Part shown: positions 9,767 through 17,785 of the stretch, piece after piece | Position numbering within the stretch: the stretch's first letter is position 1 | How the letters are laid out: the number at the start of each line of letters is the position of its first letter | Assembly (NCBI GenBank): GCA_030765235.1 | Contig: JAVCCW010000029.1 | Span: 140,939-204,938 of the forward strand | Direction: 5' to 3' | Length of the DNA stretch: 64,000 nucleotides | Source: Candidatus Gorgyraea atricola | GTDB taxonomy: Bacteria; Omnitrophota; Gorgyraeia; Gorgyraeales; Gorgyraeaceae | Position numbers and translations under genes: made by a program | The notes under the pieces: generated by a model | Seen by the model: the letters and a program-made list of their open reading frames with translations, nothing else | What the model was told of the DNA's origin: nothing | Databases searched by the model: none

Positions 9767-10371
9767 TGGAGATCGTTGTAGCCACGAGGAATCAGGATAA
9801 GCTCGAGGAAATAAAGGCGCTTCTAAAAGGCCTGCGCATAAAGGTCGTATCTCTGAATAACTTTAAGGGTGTTCCAGAAGTAATAGAGGATGGCAAGATT
9901 CTGGAGGCCAATGCAAAGAAAAAGGCAGTACAGGTCTCACGTTATTTGAAAAAATTGGCAGTAGCAGATGATTCTGGGTTAGAGGTCCTGGCCCTTAGGA
10001 ACAAGCCAGGTGTGTACTCTGCGCGTTTCTCAGGTAAAGGCGCTACGTATAGCAGCAATAATCAAAAGGTCTTGAGGTTGCTTAGAGATGTGCCTGCTGC
10101 GAAGAGAAAGGCATGTTTTAGATGCGTGGTAGCTGTTGCTGATAGAGGAAAGATAGTTGGCACAGTAGAAGGTAAGTGCAAAGGCAAGATAGGGTTTGAG
10201 CCAAGGGGTAAGGCCGGATTCGGATATGACCCTGTTTTTATACCCGAGGATCACAAAAAGACCTTTGCGGAAATAGGCATACGCAGGAAAAACAAGATAA
10301 GCCATAGAAGCAAGGCCCTGGTAAAGGCAAAGAAGGTTATAAAAAGATACGTTTTGACCCGTTCGACTTAG
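9763..10371 (+). CDS. rdgB: dITP/XTP pyrophosphatase (RdgB/Ham1 family)
   Basis: [19 protein letters not shown]...ADDSGLEV..L...[10 protein letters not shown], and the conserved rph-rdgB pair. Confidence 0.85.
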   Translation: MMEIVVATRNQDKLEEIKALLKGLRIKVVSLNNFKGVPEVIEDGKILEANAKKKAVQVSRYLKKLAVADDSGLEVLALRNKPGVYSARFSGKGATYSSNNQKVLRLLRDVPAAKRKACFRCVVAVADRGKIVGTVEGKCKGKIGFEPRGKAGFGYDPVFIPEDHKKTFAEIGIRRKNKISHRSKALVKAKKVIKRYVLTRST

Positions 10372-10376
10372 CTCAG

Positions 10377-10437
10377 GGTCAACCCTGAGCAAGCGAGCTC
10401 GCAAGCTTAATTAGTGCGAGCGCGTCGAAGGGTTGAC
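10377..10437. repeat. GC-rich hairpin repeat (family E): CCTGAGCAAGCGAGCTCGCAAGCTTAATTAGTGCGAGCGCGTCGAAGGG flanked by GTCAACCCT/AGGGTTGAC
   Basis: Sits right after the rdgB stop. A near-identical ~50-nt motif recurs at about 12323-12373. Internal stem GCTCGCA...TGCGAGC. Confidence 0.7.
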
Positions 10438-10486
10438 TTTTTGAGGTAGTACTGATAAAATTATACGGCATGCCCAAGTAGTAAGG

Positions 10487-10540
10487 GGCGTGCCCCGTTC
10501 CATTTTTTCAATGAAATTGAAAAAATGGAACGGGGCATGG
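10487..10540. repeat. Mini inverted repeat built from family-A terminal sequence, abutting and overlapping the tRNA-Pro 5' end
   Basis: GGCGTGCCCCGTTCCATTTTTT-caatgaaattg-AAAAAATGGAACGGGGCATGG. The right arm runs into the tRNA-Pro acceptor stem CGGGGCA. Confidence 0.6.
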
Positions 10541-10608
10541 CTCAGTTTGGCTAGAGCACCTGCTTTGGGAGCAGGGGGTCGCTGGTTCGAGTCCAGCTGC
10601 CCCGACCA
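10531..10608 (+). tRNA. tRNA-Pro (anticodon TGG)
   Basis: Acceptor CGGGGCA/TGCCCCG, anticodon loop TTTGGGA, T-loop GGTTCGAGTCC, CCA encoded. Manually folded. Confidence 0.75.
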
Positions 10609-10610
10609 CT

Positions 10611-10687
10611 GTCCCTGTAGCTCAGATGGATAGAGCATTTGCCTTCTAAGCAAAGGGTCGCCTGTTCGAATCAGGCCAGGGACGCCA
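10611..10687 (+). tRNA. tRNA-Arg (anticodon TCT)
   Basis: Acceptor GTCCCTG/CAGGGAC, D-arm TAGCTCAGATGGATAGAGC, anticodon loop CTTCTAA, T-arm GCCTGTTCGAATCAGGC, CCA encoded. Confidence 0.75.
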
Positions 10688-10870
10688 CCCTACGCTCACA
10701 TGTGGCGATACTTCGCAGCAAGCTTCGGGTGGTAAACCACTTGACTTTAAAGCATGCTTGTCCTCCGAAGCATACTACAGAGATTGGCTATATTTGAGCG
10801 TAGGAGGACTTCGGGTGGCAAAGCCATCCATAACATGCTACTGTGAATAGCTATATGTGAGTGACGGGTG
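10688..10870. repeat. tRNA-trailer repeat block (family B), units bounded by CCTACGCTCACATG (or its reverse complement CATGTGAGCGTAGG)
   Basis: Shares long stretches (GCATGCTACGGGTGGCAAGCCA..., CGAAGCATACTACAGAGATTGGC..., GAGCGTAGGAGG) with the blocks at 17039-17215 and 17326-17443, which also follow tRNA genes. Confidence 0.7.
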
Positions 10871-10895
10871 ATAAACCATACCATCTTTAAGTGGC

Positions 10896-11750
10896 ATGAG
10901 AAAAGTAGTATATATAATTTTATTTCTTCTAGTCATTGCTTCGCTGGTGGTTGGTTATCACTATGCAACAGAACATCTGAAATTGTTTGTTGCTAGATTT
11001 CTGGAAGAGAATTTTGAGGAGAAGATTTCTGTTGCTTCAGTAGGACTTGGATTGCCGCTTTGTCTTGAGCTGCGTGATGTGAAAGTAAATGATTCGATCG
11101 ACATAAGGAATGTCAGGCTTTATCTAAATCCCAAGTCCTTTTTGACGAAAAAAGATTTTATGGTTTCAAAAGTCAAGGTAATAGACCCTGTTGTGAGGAT
11201 AAAGAAGAAGGGGAAGAAGGGTTTTCAAGTCCTTAATTTTTTGAAAAAAGAAGAAGGCTTGGGTTCTTTAAAAGGATCAAGTTCAAATATTCATTGCTCC
11301 AAGGTATACATAAAGAATGGCACCTTGATATACGAGCACAAAGAAGGACAGAGCTTTCAACTAGTAAAGATCAGGGGGCGTGTTAATAGTCCAACTCTTT
11401 GTTCTCCAGGGAAAAGCATGTTCGAGTTTGACGCAAGCGGATTTTTTAAAAACAAAGATTCAGACTCCCTGGCGCCTTTGAGCCTGACTGGCATTGCCGG
11501 GTCAGATGATACAATAAACGCAAGGCTCCAGGTAAACGACATAAAACTGGCGAGTCGCCTGATAAAAGACCTGAGCGTCGATCTTAAAAGTGACATTGAG
11601 ATCTCAAAAAAGACTTTAGTGGCCAGATGTTTAGTTGAAGGGAAGAATATGCCAGCTACAGGGAGTTTTATTTTACTTGTTAATTTTAAAAATAATCTAA
11701 TTAAGATAAAGAATCTACAGGGCAATTTTTTAAAGTACATCCTTAATTAA
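10896..11750 (+). CDS. Membrane-anchored protein, AsmA/DUF748-like N-terminal region
   Basis: One N-terminal TM helix (VVYIILFLLVIASLVVG), then a beta-rich region like the AsmA/TamB N-termini. Weak assignment. Confidence 0.4.
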   Translation: MRKVVYIILFLLVIASLVVGYHYATEHLKLFVARFLEENFEEKISVASVGLGLPLCLELRDVKVNDSIDIRNVRLYLNPKSFLTKKDFMVSKVKVIDPVVRIKKKGKKGFQVLNFLKKEEGLGSLKGSSSNIHCSKVYIKNGTLIYEHKEGQSFQLVKIRGRVNSPTLCSPGKSMFEFDASGFFKNKDSDSLAPLSLTGIAGSDDTINARLQVNDIKLASRLIKDLSVDLKSDIEISKKTLVARCLVEGKNMPATGSFILLVNFKNNLIKIKNLQGNFLKYILN

Positions 11751-11758
11751 TACGACGC

Positions 11759-11833
11759 GGTGGCTATAGTGTAATGGCAGCACTAGAGATTGTGGTTCTC
11801 TTAGAGCGGGTTCAAATCCCGTTAGCCACCCCA
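11759..11833 (+). tRNA. tRNA-His (anticodon GTG) with encoded G-1
   Basis: GGTGGCTATAG...anticodon loop TTGTGGT...GGGTTCAAATCCCGTTAGCCACCCCA. Near-identical in the acceptor/T-arm to E. coli tRNA-His, including the extra 5' G. Confidence 0.8.
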
Positions 11834-11926
11834 GTTTTCTTGTAACATATTGATAATAAATGCGTTACTGGGATACCCCTGACGAGACGATTATAAGATT
11901 TTAAACAGGGGATAAGGAGTGAAAGC

Positions 11927-12199
11927 ATGGATTTAAACTCTATTAAAGAATCTATTGTTACAAAAGTATACCATCTCACTTCAGATACAAAAGTCCCTCT
12001 GCATAAACACGAAAAGAATGATGAAATTTTTTATTGTATAAAAGGCTCTGGTTTTGGAGTTTTAGAAGATGGAGAAGTAGAGTTAAGTATAGGAAAAGTA
12101 TTTATTGTTTCTGCTGGAACAATGCATTCGCTTAGAAGCGAAGAAAATCTTTATGTAAGTTCTTTTCTTGTTCCTGTAGTGGATGATAGCTTAGAATAA
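11927..12199 (+). CDS. Cupin-domain protein
   Basis: 90 aa with cupin motifs (PLHKHEKNDEIFYCIKGSG....G..........G....H). AT-rich codon usage. Confidence 0.6.
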   Translation: MDLNSIKESIVTKVYHLTSDTKVPLHKHEKNDEIFYCIKGSGFGVLEDGEVELSIGKVFIVSAGTMHSLRSEENLYVSSFLVPVVDDSLE

Positions 12200-12279
12200 T
12201 TTAAACTACATGCAATATTCTATTTGATCGATGGAGTTGGATAATAAACTAGTTCTAAACTCGCATAAGAAGAGACCCC

Positions 12280-12373
12280 ATGGTTTGACGCGGCCGCCTT
12301 TGGCGGCCTTGCTCACCATGGTCCTGAGCAAGCGAACTCGCAAGCTTAACTATTGCGAGCGCGTCGAAGGGCC
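12280..12373. repeat. GC-rich structured repeat (family E copy 2) with additional hairpins (CGCGGCCGCC-tttg-GCGGCC and a CCATGG...CCATGG pair)
   Basis: CCTGAGCAAGCGAACTCGCAAGCTTAACTATTGCGAGCGCGTCGAAGGG matches 10389-10437 apart from 3 substitutions. It sits in an otherwise AT-rich islet. Confidence 0.7.
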
Positions 12374-12502
12374 ATCCGCCTCCTTCGTGCATGGGGCGAA
12401 TCAAAAGGATCAAAGAGCAATTCTTAAAATCCCCTTGACATTTTACAGGATATGTTGTATACTTTTATACAGAGAGTTGTATAAATATATACAAGTAATT
12501 GT

Positions 12503-13096
12503 ATGAAAGACTACAGAATAGATAATAAGCTGTTGCTGGATACTATTAGTGCGTGGAATAGGTTTCTTAAGAGAAAGGTGCGCCTTATTTCCTGTGGTGG
12601 TACAGCCTTGACTCTTTTAGGAATAAAAGCATCTACTAAGGATATTGATTTAATAGTTCCTGATTTAAAAGAATACGAGTATCTTATATCAATTTTAGAA
12701 CAGCTGGGATACAAGTCTGTAACCGGCTCAGGGTGGACGAGGGGCGATGGTCTTGTCTTTGACTTCTTTAGAGGAAAATTTGTCCATACTACTGAATTAT
12801 TGGAGTCACCATTGAAAGAGAAAAATCATACTTTGATCAAAGAATTCAGCTATATCTACTTAGGAGTTCTTAATTATTACGATCTTATAATTAGTAAATT
12901 GTTTAGAGGTAATGGTGTAGACATCGAAGATTGCAGTTCTTTAATAAAGGCAAAACAAAAAGATATAGACTTGAAATTATTAGAGCAGAGATTCAAAGAA
13001 ACAGCCTCTTATGATATTTCAGAAGATAGGGTAAATAAAAATCTAAAGCATTTTTTGAGCACTGTTAAACAAAAAGGATTAAGCAATGGTCGATAA
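12503..13096 (+). CDS. Nucleotidyltransferase-fold protein (minimal NTase, GG...D.D motif)
   Basis: SCGGTALTLLGIKASTKDIDLIV fits the pol-beta-type NTase signature hG[GS]x9-13DxD. Overlaps the next ORF by 11 nt. AT-rich. Confidence 0.45.
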   Translation: MKDYRIDNKLLLDTISAWNRFLKRKVRLISCGGTALTLLGIKASTKDIDLIVPDLKEYEYLISILEQLGYKSVTGSGWTRGDGLVFDFFRGKFVHTTELLESPLKEKNHTLIKEFSYIYLGVLNYYDLIISKLFRGNGVDIEDCSSLIKAKQKDIDLKLLEQRFKETASYDISEDRVNKNLKHFLSTVKQKGLSNGR

Positions 13097-13751
13097 GAGT
13101 CTTTTGAGAAGATTAAATAAGTTAGGGTTCCCTTTATTTGAGACGGAAGAGGTGCAGGACGCAAATGCTACCTTAGCAGAAGTAGTGCAAAGTAAAGACC
13201 TTCGTCTATGGGAAGGATTTTCTTTATTATTGGCGAATAGCGCGGAAAAAGGACTTTTCGATTATGATGTGGTTAAGCATAGTCTTAAGAAGTTACCTGA
13301 TAAAGTTGATTTGACAGCGCTATTAATAATGTCACTTGCCCTTTATAGGACTTTAAATATAAAGTTTTCATGGGCAGATAAATTATATAAGAATTTAAAC
13401 GCCAAAAGTAAGAAAGAATTCAGCGCTCTTTTAAATAAGTTAAAAAAGGACGAAGACTTTAAACTTGGTGGGCGAGTGATGTCCAGTCAGAGATTGAAAA
13501 CTATATTTGCTAACTATTATAATCAAAGAGACTCGAGTCTTAGCGAATTGCTTTCAGCAAGAGAAGAATTAGGCCTTGAATACGCATTGTCACAGGTTTT
13601 TTCCCCTAAACAAAAAGAGCTTTTTTTGAAAAAGCTAAAAGGCGAAAAAATGACTAAGACAGAAAAAGAATATTACTCTAGGGCCGTAAAAAAGAAAGTC
13701 TTGGCATTGGCGAATACAGAATTACATCGTCTATCGCGCAAGATAGCTTGA
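13086..13751 (+). CDS. Hypothetical protein (partner of the NTase-fold protein)
   Basis: 221 aa, helical and Lys-rich. No HEPN R-X4-6-H motif found and no recognised domain. Confidence 0.35.
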   Translation: MVDKSLLRRLNKLGFPLFETEEVQDANATLAEVVQSKDLRLWEGFSLLLANSAEKGLFDYDVVKHSLKKLPDKVDLTALLIMSLALYRTLNIKFSWADKLYKNLNAKSKKEFSALLNKLKKDEDFKLGGRVMSSQRLKTIFANYYNQRDSSLSELLSAREELGLEYALSQVFSPKQKELFLKKLKGEKMTKTEKEYYSRAVKKKVLALANTELHRLSRKIA

Positions 13752-13816
13752 TTTAAATCTTGCTATTCTAACTTTCTGGATGTAGAATAATCCATCAAAT
13801 TTGCTTAGGAGGCACA

Positions 13817-14554
13817 TTGAGTAGAGATACAATGAGTAGAGATACAATGCTTTTATATGGCAGGAATTCGGTGTATGAGCGGTTGAAGGCTAATCCGAGG
13901 AGCATAAGGACTGTGTTTCTGCAGGATGGTATTGAGCTTTGGCATATTGAGAAATTGGTACGCAAGAATCATATAGAGATGGCGCGTGTGAGTCCGAGGC
14001 AACTGTCCAAGATGAAACACCCTAAGGACCTGCAGGGTGTGGTTGCCAAGGTGGAGAAGTTCAGCTATGCTGACTTTGATGATCTGTTGAATAAAAAGAC
14101 CACGCTTATTTTTCTGGATAGGCTTAATGATCCTCAGAATCTAGGTGTTATCATTCGAACAGCAGCGTGTTTTGGAGGATTTGCGATCGTTATACCTAAG
14201 TTTAATGCGTGCGAGGTTACAGAAGCGGTTTTACATGTTGCATCAGGCGGTGAGAATTTCATAGCAGTTAGTATGATCTCGAATATCTCAAGCTCCATAC
14301 TAAAGGCAAAGAAAAAGGGATACTGGGTCATGGGAGGCGTTGTTGGTGACGATGCGCAGGACATTAACAGTATTTCTATTCCTTTTCCTTTAGGACTCAT
14401 ATTAGGATCAGAAGGTGGAGGGATCCGTCATGGCATTGACAAGCAGCTGGATGTAAAGGCGCGTATACCCATGAAGGGCGCTAATCTTTCCTTTAATGTG
14501 GCGATCTCCTGCGCCATCTTTTGCCACGAGATAGCCAAGCAGAGAAAATCATGA
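13817..14554 (+). CDS. rlmB: TrmH/SpoU-family RNA 2'-O-methyltransferase (RlmB-like 23S rRNA Gm methyltransferase)
   Basis: N-terminal substrate-binding domain (LLYGRNSVYE.L...P..I..VFL) plus the SPOUT motifs NLGVIIRTAACFG and LGSEGGGI. The start is ambiguous because of a 15-bp tandem duplication giving MSRDTMSRDTM. Probable ATG at 13832 or 13847. Confidence 0.8.
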   Translation: MSRDTMSRDTMLLYGRNSVYERLKANPRSIRTVFLQDGIELWHIEKLVRKNHIEMARVSPRQLSKMKHPKDLQGVVAKVEKFSYADFDDLLNKKTTLIFLDRLNDPQNLGVIIRTAACFGGFAIVIPKFNACEVTEAVLHVASGGENFIAVSMISNISSSILKAKKKGYWVMGGVVGDDAQDINSISIPFPLGLILGSEGGGIRHGIDKQLDVKARIPMKGANLSFNVAISCAIFCHEIAKQRKS

Positions 14555-15099
14555 ATATTCAGGATGCCTGGGGAAAGGCGTTAAAAAAGACAAAGATAAT
14601 ACGTCCTCGCGCGCAGGAGCTACAGACCTTTTCTGACACGAATATCTCGTATACATTTTTGGCAGAGGCATTAGTGAATAAGGGCGATACTATTGTAAGA
14701 CAGGGCGAGGTTATGGTGGAAAAACCTGCGATCATACTACCTTCTAATCTGCCGCAGTTCGAGGGTTTTGATTTTGAGAAGGAATTAGAGATCGGTCACG
14801 AGATGGTCATGAATTTTCTTCTTGTAAGAGGTGTGAATTTTCCTTCCATGAAGTACAATAATAAAACAGCGTCGCTTAATATTTACGACGGCCACATAGA
14901 AAAGGCGATTTCGTATCACTCTGATATGTTGCAGCGCAAGGAAGACGTACATTCCGGGCTGGTTGTCGGACCTGAGGACTGCTGGCAGTTTTCAGTGCTG
15001 ATCTTTATTTGCACCCAGATCGCCAAGTCAGCCAATAGCGACATAAGAAGATTGTTAGAGCGTTTCAATAAAGAAGACAGACCCCATTCCAAATTCTAG
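14551..15099 (+). CDS. Hypothetical protein
   Basis: Internal ATG (MNIQDAWGK...) overlaps the rlmB stop by 4 nt (ATGA coupling). No recognised domain. Its 3' end runs into the family-A repeat. Confidence 0.45.
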   Translation: MNIQDAWGKALKKTKIIRPRAQELQTFSDTNISYTFLAEALVNKGDTIVRQGEVMVEKPAIILPSNLPQFEGFDFEKELEIGHEMVMNFLLVRGVNFPSMKYNNKTASLNIYDGHIEKAISYHSDMLQRKEDVHSGLVVGPEDCWQFSVLIFICTQIAKSANSDIRRLLERFNKEDRPHSKF

Positions 15100-15185
15100 T
15101 CGATAGTCAATTTGCTGTTTGTAACTAACTGCGGGCAATTCTCGTAGATTATTTGATGATTTTTAAGAATTTGGAACGGGGCAAG
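15082..15185. repeat. Family-A 104-bp repeat, diverged single copy
   Basis: CCCCATTCCAAATTC...TTTTAAGAATTTGGAACGGGGCAAGCC. Ends and length match the 914-1121 units while the interior has diverged. Confidence 0.8.
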
Positions 15186-15207
15186 CCTCGCTAATCCCCA
15201 CCACCTA

Positions 15208-16212
15208 ATGCAAAAGAAAAATATCAAGAATTTTACAATTGAAGAATTAAAGGAAGAACTGGGCAAGCTCTCAGAGGCATCTTACAGGGCGAATCAGCTT
15301 TTTGAGTGGATATATAAGAAAGGCGCGCGCAGTTTTGATGAGATGGGTAATCTGCCGAAATCTTTCAGGGATAAACTTGGTAGAGTTTTTTGCCTGGGAG
15401 GTGTTAAGCTAAAGGAGAGGCTTAAATCCAGGGATGGCACTGAGAAGTTTTTGTTTGAATTAGAGGACGGTGGTCTTATAGAGAGCGTACTTATACCAAG
15501 CAGCTCAAGAAAAACGATCTGCCTTTCCACGCAGGTCGGATGTAAATTTGGGTGTGCGTTTTGCGCAAGCGGCCTCAAAGGATTCAAGAGAGACCTTTTT
15601 CCGTCAGAGATCCTTGACCAGATTATTCTTGTGGGCGGTGAGATAACAAATTTTGTGTTTATGGGCATGGGCGAGCCGCTGGATAATTTTGAGAATCTGA
15701 AAAGAGTGATCGAGATAATGAATTCTCCATTAGGTCTGGGTATCGGCGCCAGGAGAATAACTGTTTCAACGTGCGGGATAATACCCGGGATCAGGAGATT
15801 TAAGGAAATAGATCTTCAAGTAAATCTCTCGATATCTCTTCACGCTGCCAATAATAAACTTCGAAGTAGTCTGATGTCTATCAATAAAAAGTATCCTTTG
15901 GAAGAGTTGATAGCAGCATGTAATGATTTTTCAGGAAGGATGATCACGCTCGAATATATATTAATCAAGGATAAGAATGATTCACTAAGGGACGCAAATG
16001 AACTTTCTCACATAGCTAAAAAAATAAAGGCCAAGATAAATCTCATTCCTTATAGTCCTGTGTCTGGGAAGAGATTCAAGGTGCCCACTGGGAAAGATAT
16101 TGAGCTATTTCAGAAGAGACTGGTCAAAAACAGCGTGAATGTAACTCTTCGCGAGTCAAAAGGTAAAGACATCTTTGCTGCCTGCGGCCAGCTGGCAATG
16201 AAAAATAGTTGA
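15208..16212 (+). CDS. rlmN: 23S rRNA m2A2503 / tRNA m2A37 methyltransferase RlmN (radical SAM)
   Basis: ANQLFEWIY, the CxxxCxxC cluster (CKFGCAFCASG), GMGEPL, and a C-terminal Cys (FAACGQL). Confidence 0.85.
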   Translation: MQKKNIKNFTIEELKEELGKLSEASYRANQLFEWIYKKGARSFDEMGNLPKSFRDKLGRVFCLGGVKLKERLKSRDGTEKFLFELEDGGLIESVLIPSSSRKTICLSTQVGCKFGCAFCASGLKGFKRDLFPSEILDQIILVGGEITNFVFMGMGEPLDNFENLKRVIEIMNSPLGLGIGARRITVSTCGIIPGIRRFKEIDLQVNLSISLHAANNKLRSSLMSINKKYPLEELIAACNDFSGRMITLEYILIKDKNDSLRDANELSHIAKKIKAKINLIPYSPVSGKRFKVPTGKDIELFQKRLVKNSVNVTLRESKGKDIFAACGQLAMKNS

Positions 16213-16243
16213 AAGAATCTGACCCTCTTTTTGTGTCTATTAT

Positions 16244-16277
16244 AATAGTAGCCCAGGTTTAAACCTGGGTTACTATT
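16244..16277. repeat. Family-D PmeI-core palindrome (AATAGTAGCCCAGGTTTAAACCTGGGTTACTATT)
   Basis: Seen directly, one mismatch in the arms. Lies between rlmN and radC. Confidence 0.85.
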
Positions 16278-16296
16278 AAAAAAAGGGGGTTTTATT

Positions 16297-16971
16297 ATGG
16301 CTATAGATAGCTGGCCTAAAGATGAAAGGCCAAGGGAGAGGCTTTTTAAGCACGGAGAGCACACGCTGAATAGTTCAGAGCTTCTGGCGATATTGTTTGG
16401 ACAAGGGTCAGAAGGCAAGAGCGCAGTGGAATTAGGGAGCGAACTCATAACGCATTTTAAGACATTTCGCAATATGAGTCATACTGATATTGTTCAGTTG
16501 CAGGGTTTCAAAGGCATGGGCAGGGCAAAGATCGCCAGGCTTAGAGCAACATTTGAGATAGCCAGGAGATTTATGAGCGAGGAAAAACAGCCTGGATACA
16601 GGGTCAGATCGCCAAGAGAGGTAGCTGATTTTTTAATGCCAAGGTTAAGGGACCTAAAAAAGGAGATATTTAAAATATTGCTTCTAGATGGCAAAAATAA
16701 TATAATAGATATACTTGAGGTAGAGGAAGGTTCGGTTGATCGGGCAGCGCCTCAGATCAGGGAGGTAATGGTAAAGGCGCTCCAGAATTTTGCCACAAGC
16801 ATTATTGCGGTACATAATCATCCATCTGGAGACCCTGAGCCGAGTGAAGAGGATGTCTTGTTTACTGAGAATCTTAAGGCAGCAGGTGAAGTGCTTCAGC
16901 TGAACGTGCTGGATCATATTATAATAGGAGACAATAGGTTTTATAGTTTCACTGACGAAAAGCGCCTATAG
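16297..16971 (+). CDS. radC: RadC-like JAB-domain protein (UPF0758)
   Basis: HNHPSGDPEPSEEDVLFTENL JAMM motif and the N-terminal helix-hairpin-helix region. Its 3' end overlaps the first 10 nt of the downstream tRNA. Confidence 0.85.
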   Translation: MAIDSWPKDERPRERLFKHGEHTLNSSELLAILFGQGSEGKSAVELGSELITHFKTFRNMSHTDIVQLQGFKGMGRAKIARLRATFEIARRFMSEEKQPGYRVRSPREVADFLMPRLRDLKKEIFKILLLDGKNNIIDILEVEEGSVDRAAPQIREVMVKALQNFATSIIAVHNHPSGDPEPSEEDVLFTENLKAAGEVLQLNVLDHIIIGDNRFYSFTDEKRL

Positions 16972-17038
16972 CTCAATCGGATAGAGTGGCTGGCTTCGAA
17001 CCAGTAGGTTGGAGGTTCAAATCCTCCTAGGCGCGCCA
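16962..17038 (+). tRNA. tRNA-Arg (anticodon TCG by manual folding)
   Basis: Acceptor GCGCCTA/TAGGCGC, anticodon stem GCTGG/CCAGT with loop CTTCGAA, T-arm GGAGGTTCAAATCCTCC, CCA encoded. Confidence 0.65.
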
Positions 17039-17215
17039 CCCTACGTTCACATGGGGTTAATCTTCGTAGCATACTACGGATGGCAAGCCACCTTTAGTCT
17101 TCGAAGCATGCTACAGAGATTAGCAACGCATGAGCGTAGGAGACCTTTGCTCAAATATAGCGATTCTTCGTAGCATGCTACGGGTGGCAAGCCATTTGTG
17201 TGTTGACTACATATC
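17039..17215. repeat. Family-B tRNA-trailer repeat block (two units)
   Basis: CCCTACGTTCACATGGGG...CTTCGTAGCATACTACGGATGGCAAGCCACC...CATGAGCGTAGGAG...GATTCTTCGTAGCATGCTACGGGTGGCAAGCCA. Shares its ends and internal segments with 10688-10870 and 17326-17443. Confidence 0.7.
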
Positions 17216-17249
17216 TGTTCTATGATATATTACTGAAACTTGGGTAGTC

Positions 17250-17325
17250 GCCCCCATAGCTCAGCTGGTAGAGCAGATCACTCTTAATGATAAGGTCACA
17301 GGTTCGAGCCCTGTTGGGGGTACCA
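17250..17325 (+). tRNA. tRNA-Lys (anticodon CTT)
   Basis: Acceptor GCCCCCA/TGGGGGT, D-arm TAGCTCAGCTGGTAGAGC, anticodon loop CTCTTAA, T-arm ACAGGTTCGAGCCCTGT, CCA encoded. Confidence 0.7.
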
Positions 17326-17443
17326 TCCTACGCTCACATAGAGCGATTCTTCGTAGCATGCTACGGGTGGCAAGCCACCTAATTTTAAAAAGGGCTTGCC
17401 CGCCGAAGCAAACTTCGAAGATTAGCAGCACATGAGCGTAGGC
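17326..17443. repeat. Family-B tRNA-trailer repeat (one unit)
   Basis: TCCTACGCTCACATAGAGCGATTCTTCGTAGCATGCTACGGGTGGCAAGCCACC...CACATGAGCGTAGGCGGG. Confidence 0.7.
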
Positions 17444-17528
17444 GGGCGGATGGTGAAACTGGCAGACACGCTAGCCTTAGGAGCTAGTGGAGCAATCCAT
17501 GGAGGTTCGACTCCTCTTCCGCCCACCA
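17444..17528 (+). tRNA. tRNA-Leu (anticodon TAG), long variable arm
   Basis: Acceptor GGGCGGA/TCCGCCC, anticodon loop CTTAGGA, extra arm, T-arm GGAGGTTCGACTCCTCT, CCA encoded. Confidence 0.7.
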
Positions 17529-17610
17529 AATCCGCCGAAGGCGGATTTGATCCTGAGCGAGCGTAATGAGGCAACGAATAGGAGCCTCATAGCGAAGTGA
17601 AGGACCTTTG
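17529..17610 (+). ncRNA. tRNA-trailer two-hairpin structured element (copy 1)
   Basis: AAATCCGCC-GAAG-GCGGATTT, then GATCCTGAG, then TGAGGC-AACGAATAGGA-GCCTCA. The paralogous copy after tRNA-Gly keeps the loops but changes both stems compensatorily. Confidence 0.5.
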
Positions 17611-17710
17611 ACAAAGTGAATGAGTAGAATTTGTCCCTCAGTGCCTACAATGCTCCTGCTCGTCGCATTGTTTAACGGCACTTCGGGATGAAATTTACTT
17701 CGTAAATTTC

Positions 17711-17785
17711 GCGGGAGTAGCTCAGTGGTAGAGCTTTTCGTTGCCAACGAAAAGGTCGCGGGTTCGAGCCCCGTCTCCCGCTCCA
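17711..17785 (+). tRNA. tRNA-Gly (anticodon GCC)
   Basis: Acceptor GCGGGAG/CTCCCGC, anticodon loop TTGCCAA, T-arm GCGGGTTCGAGCCCCGT, CCA encoded. Confidence 0.75.

Noticed and set aside
12231-12506. ORF 12231..12506 (91 aa)
   Set aside because: Its translation runs through the GC-rich family-E structured repeat (..AALLTMVLSKRTRKLNYCERVEG..). It is more likely non-coding.
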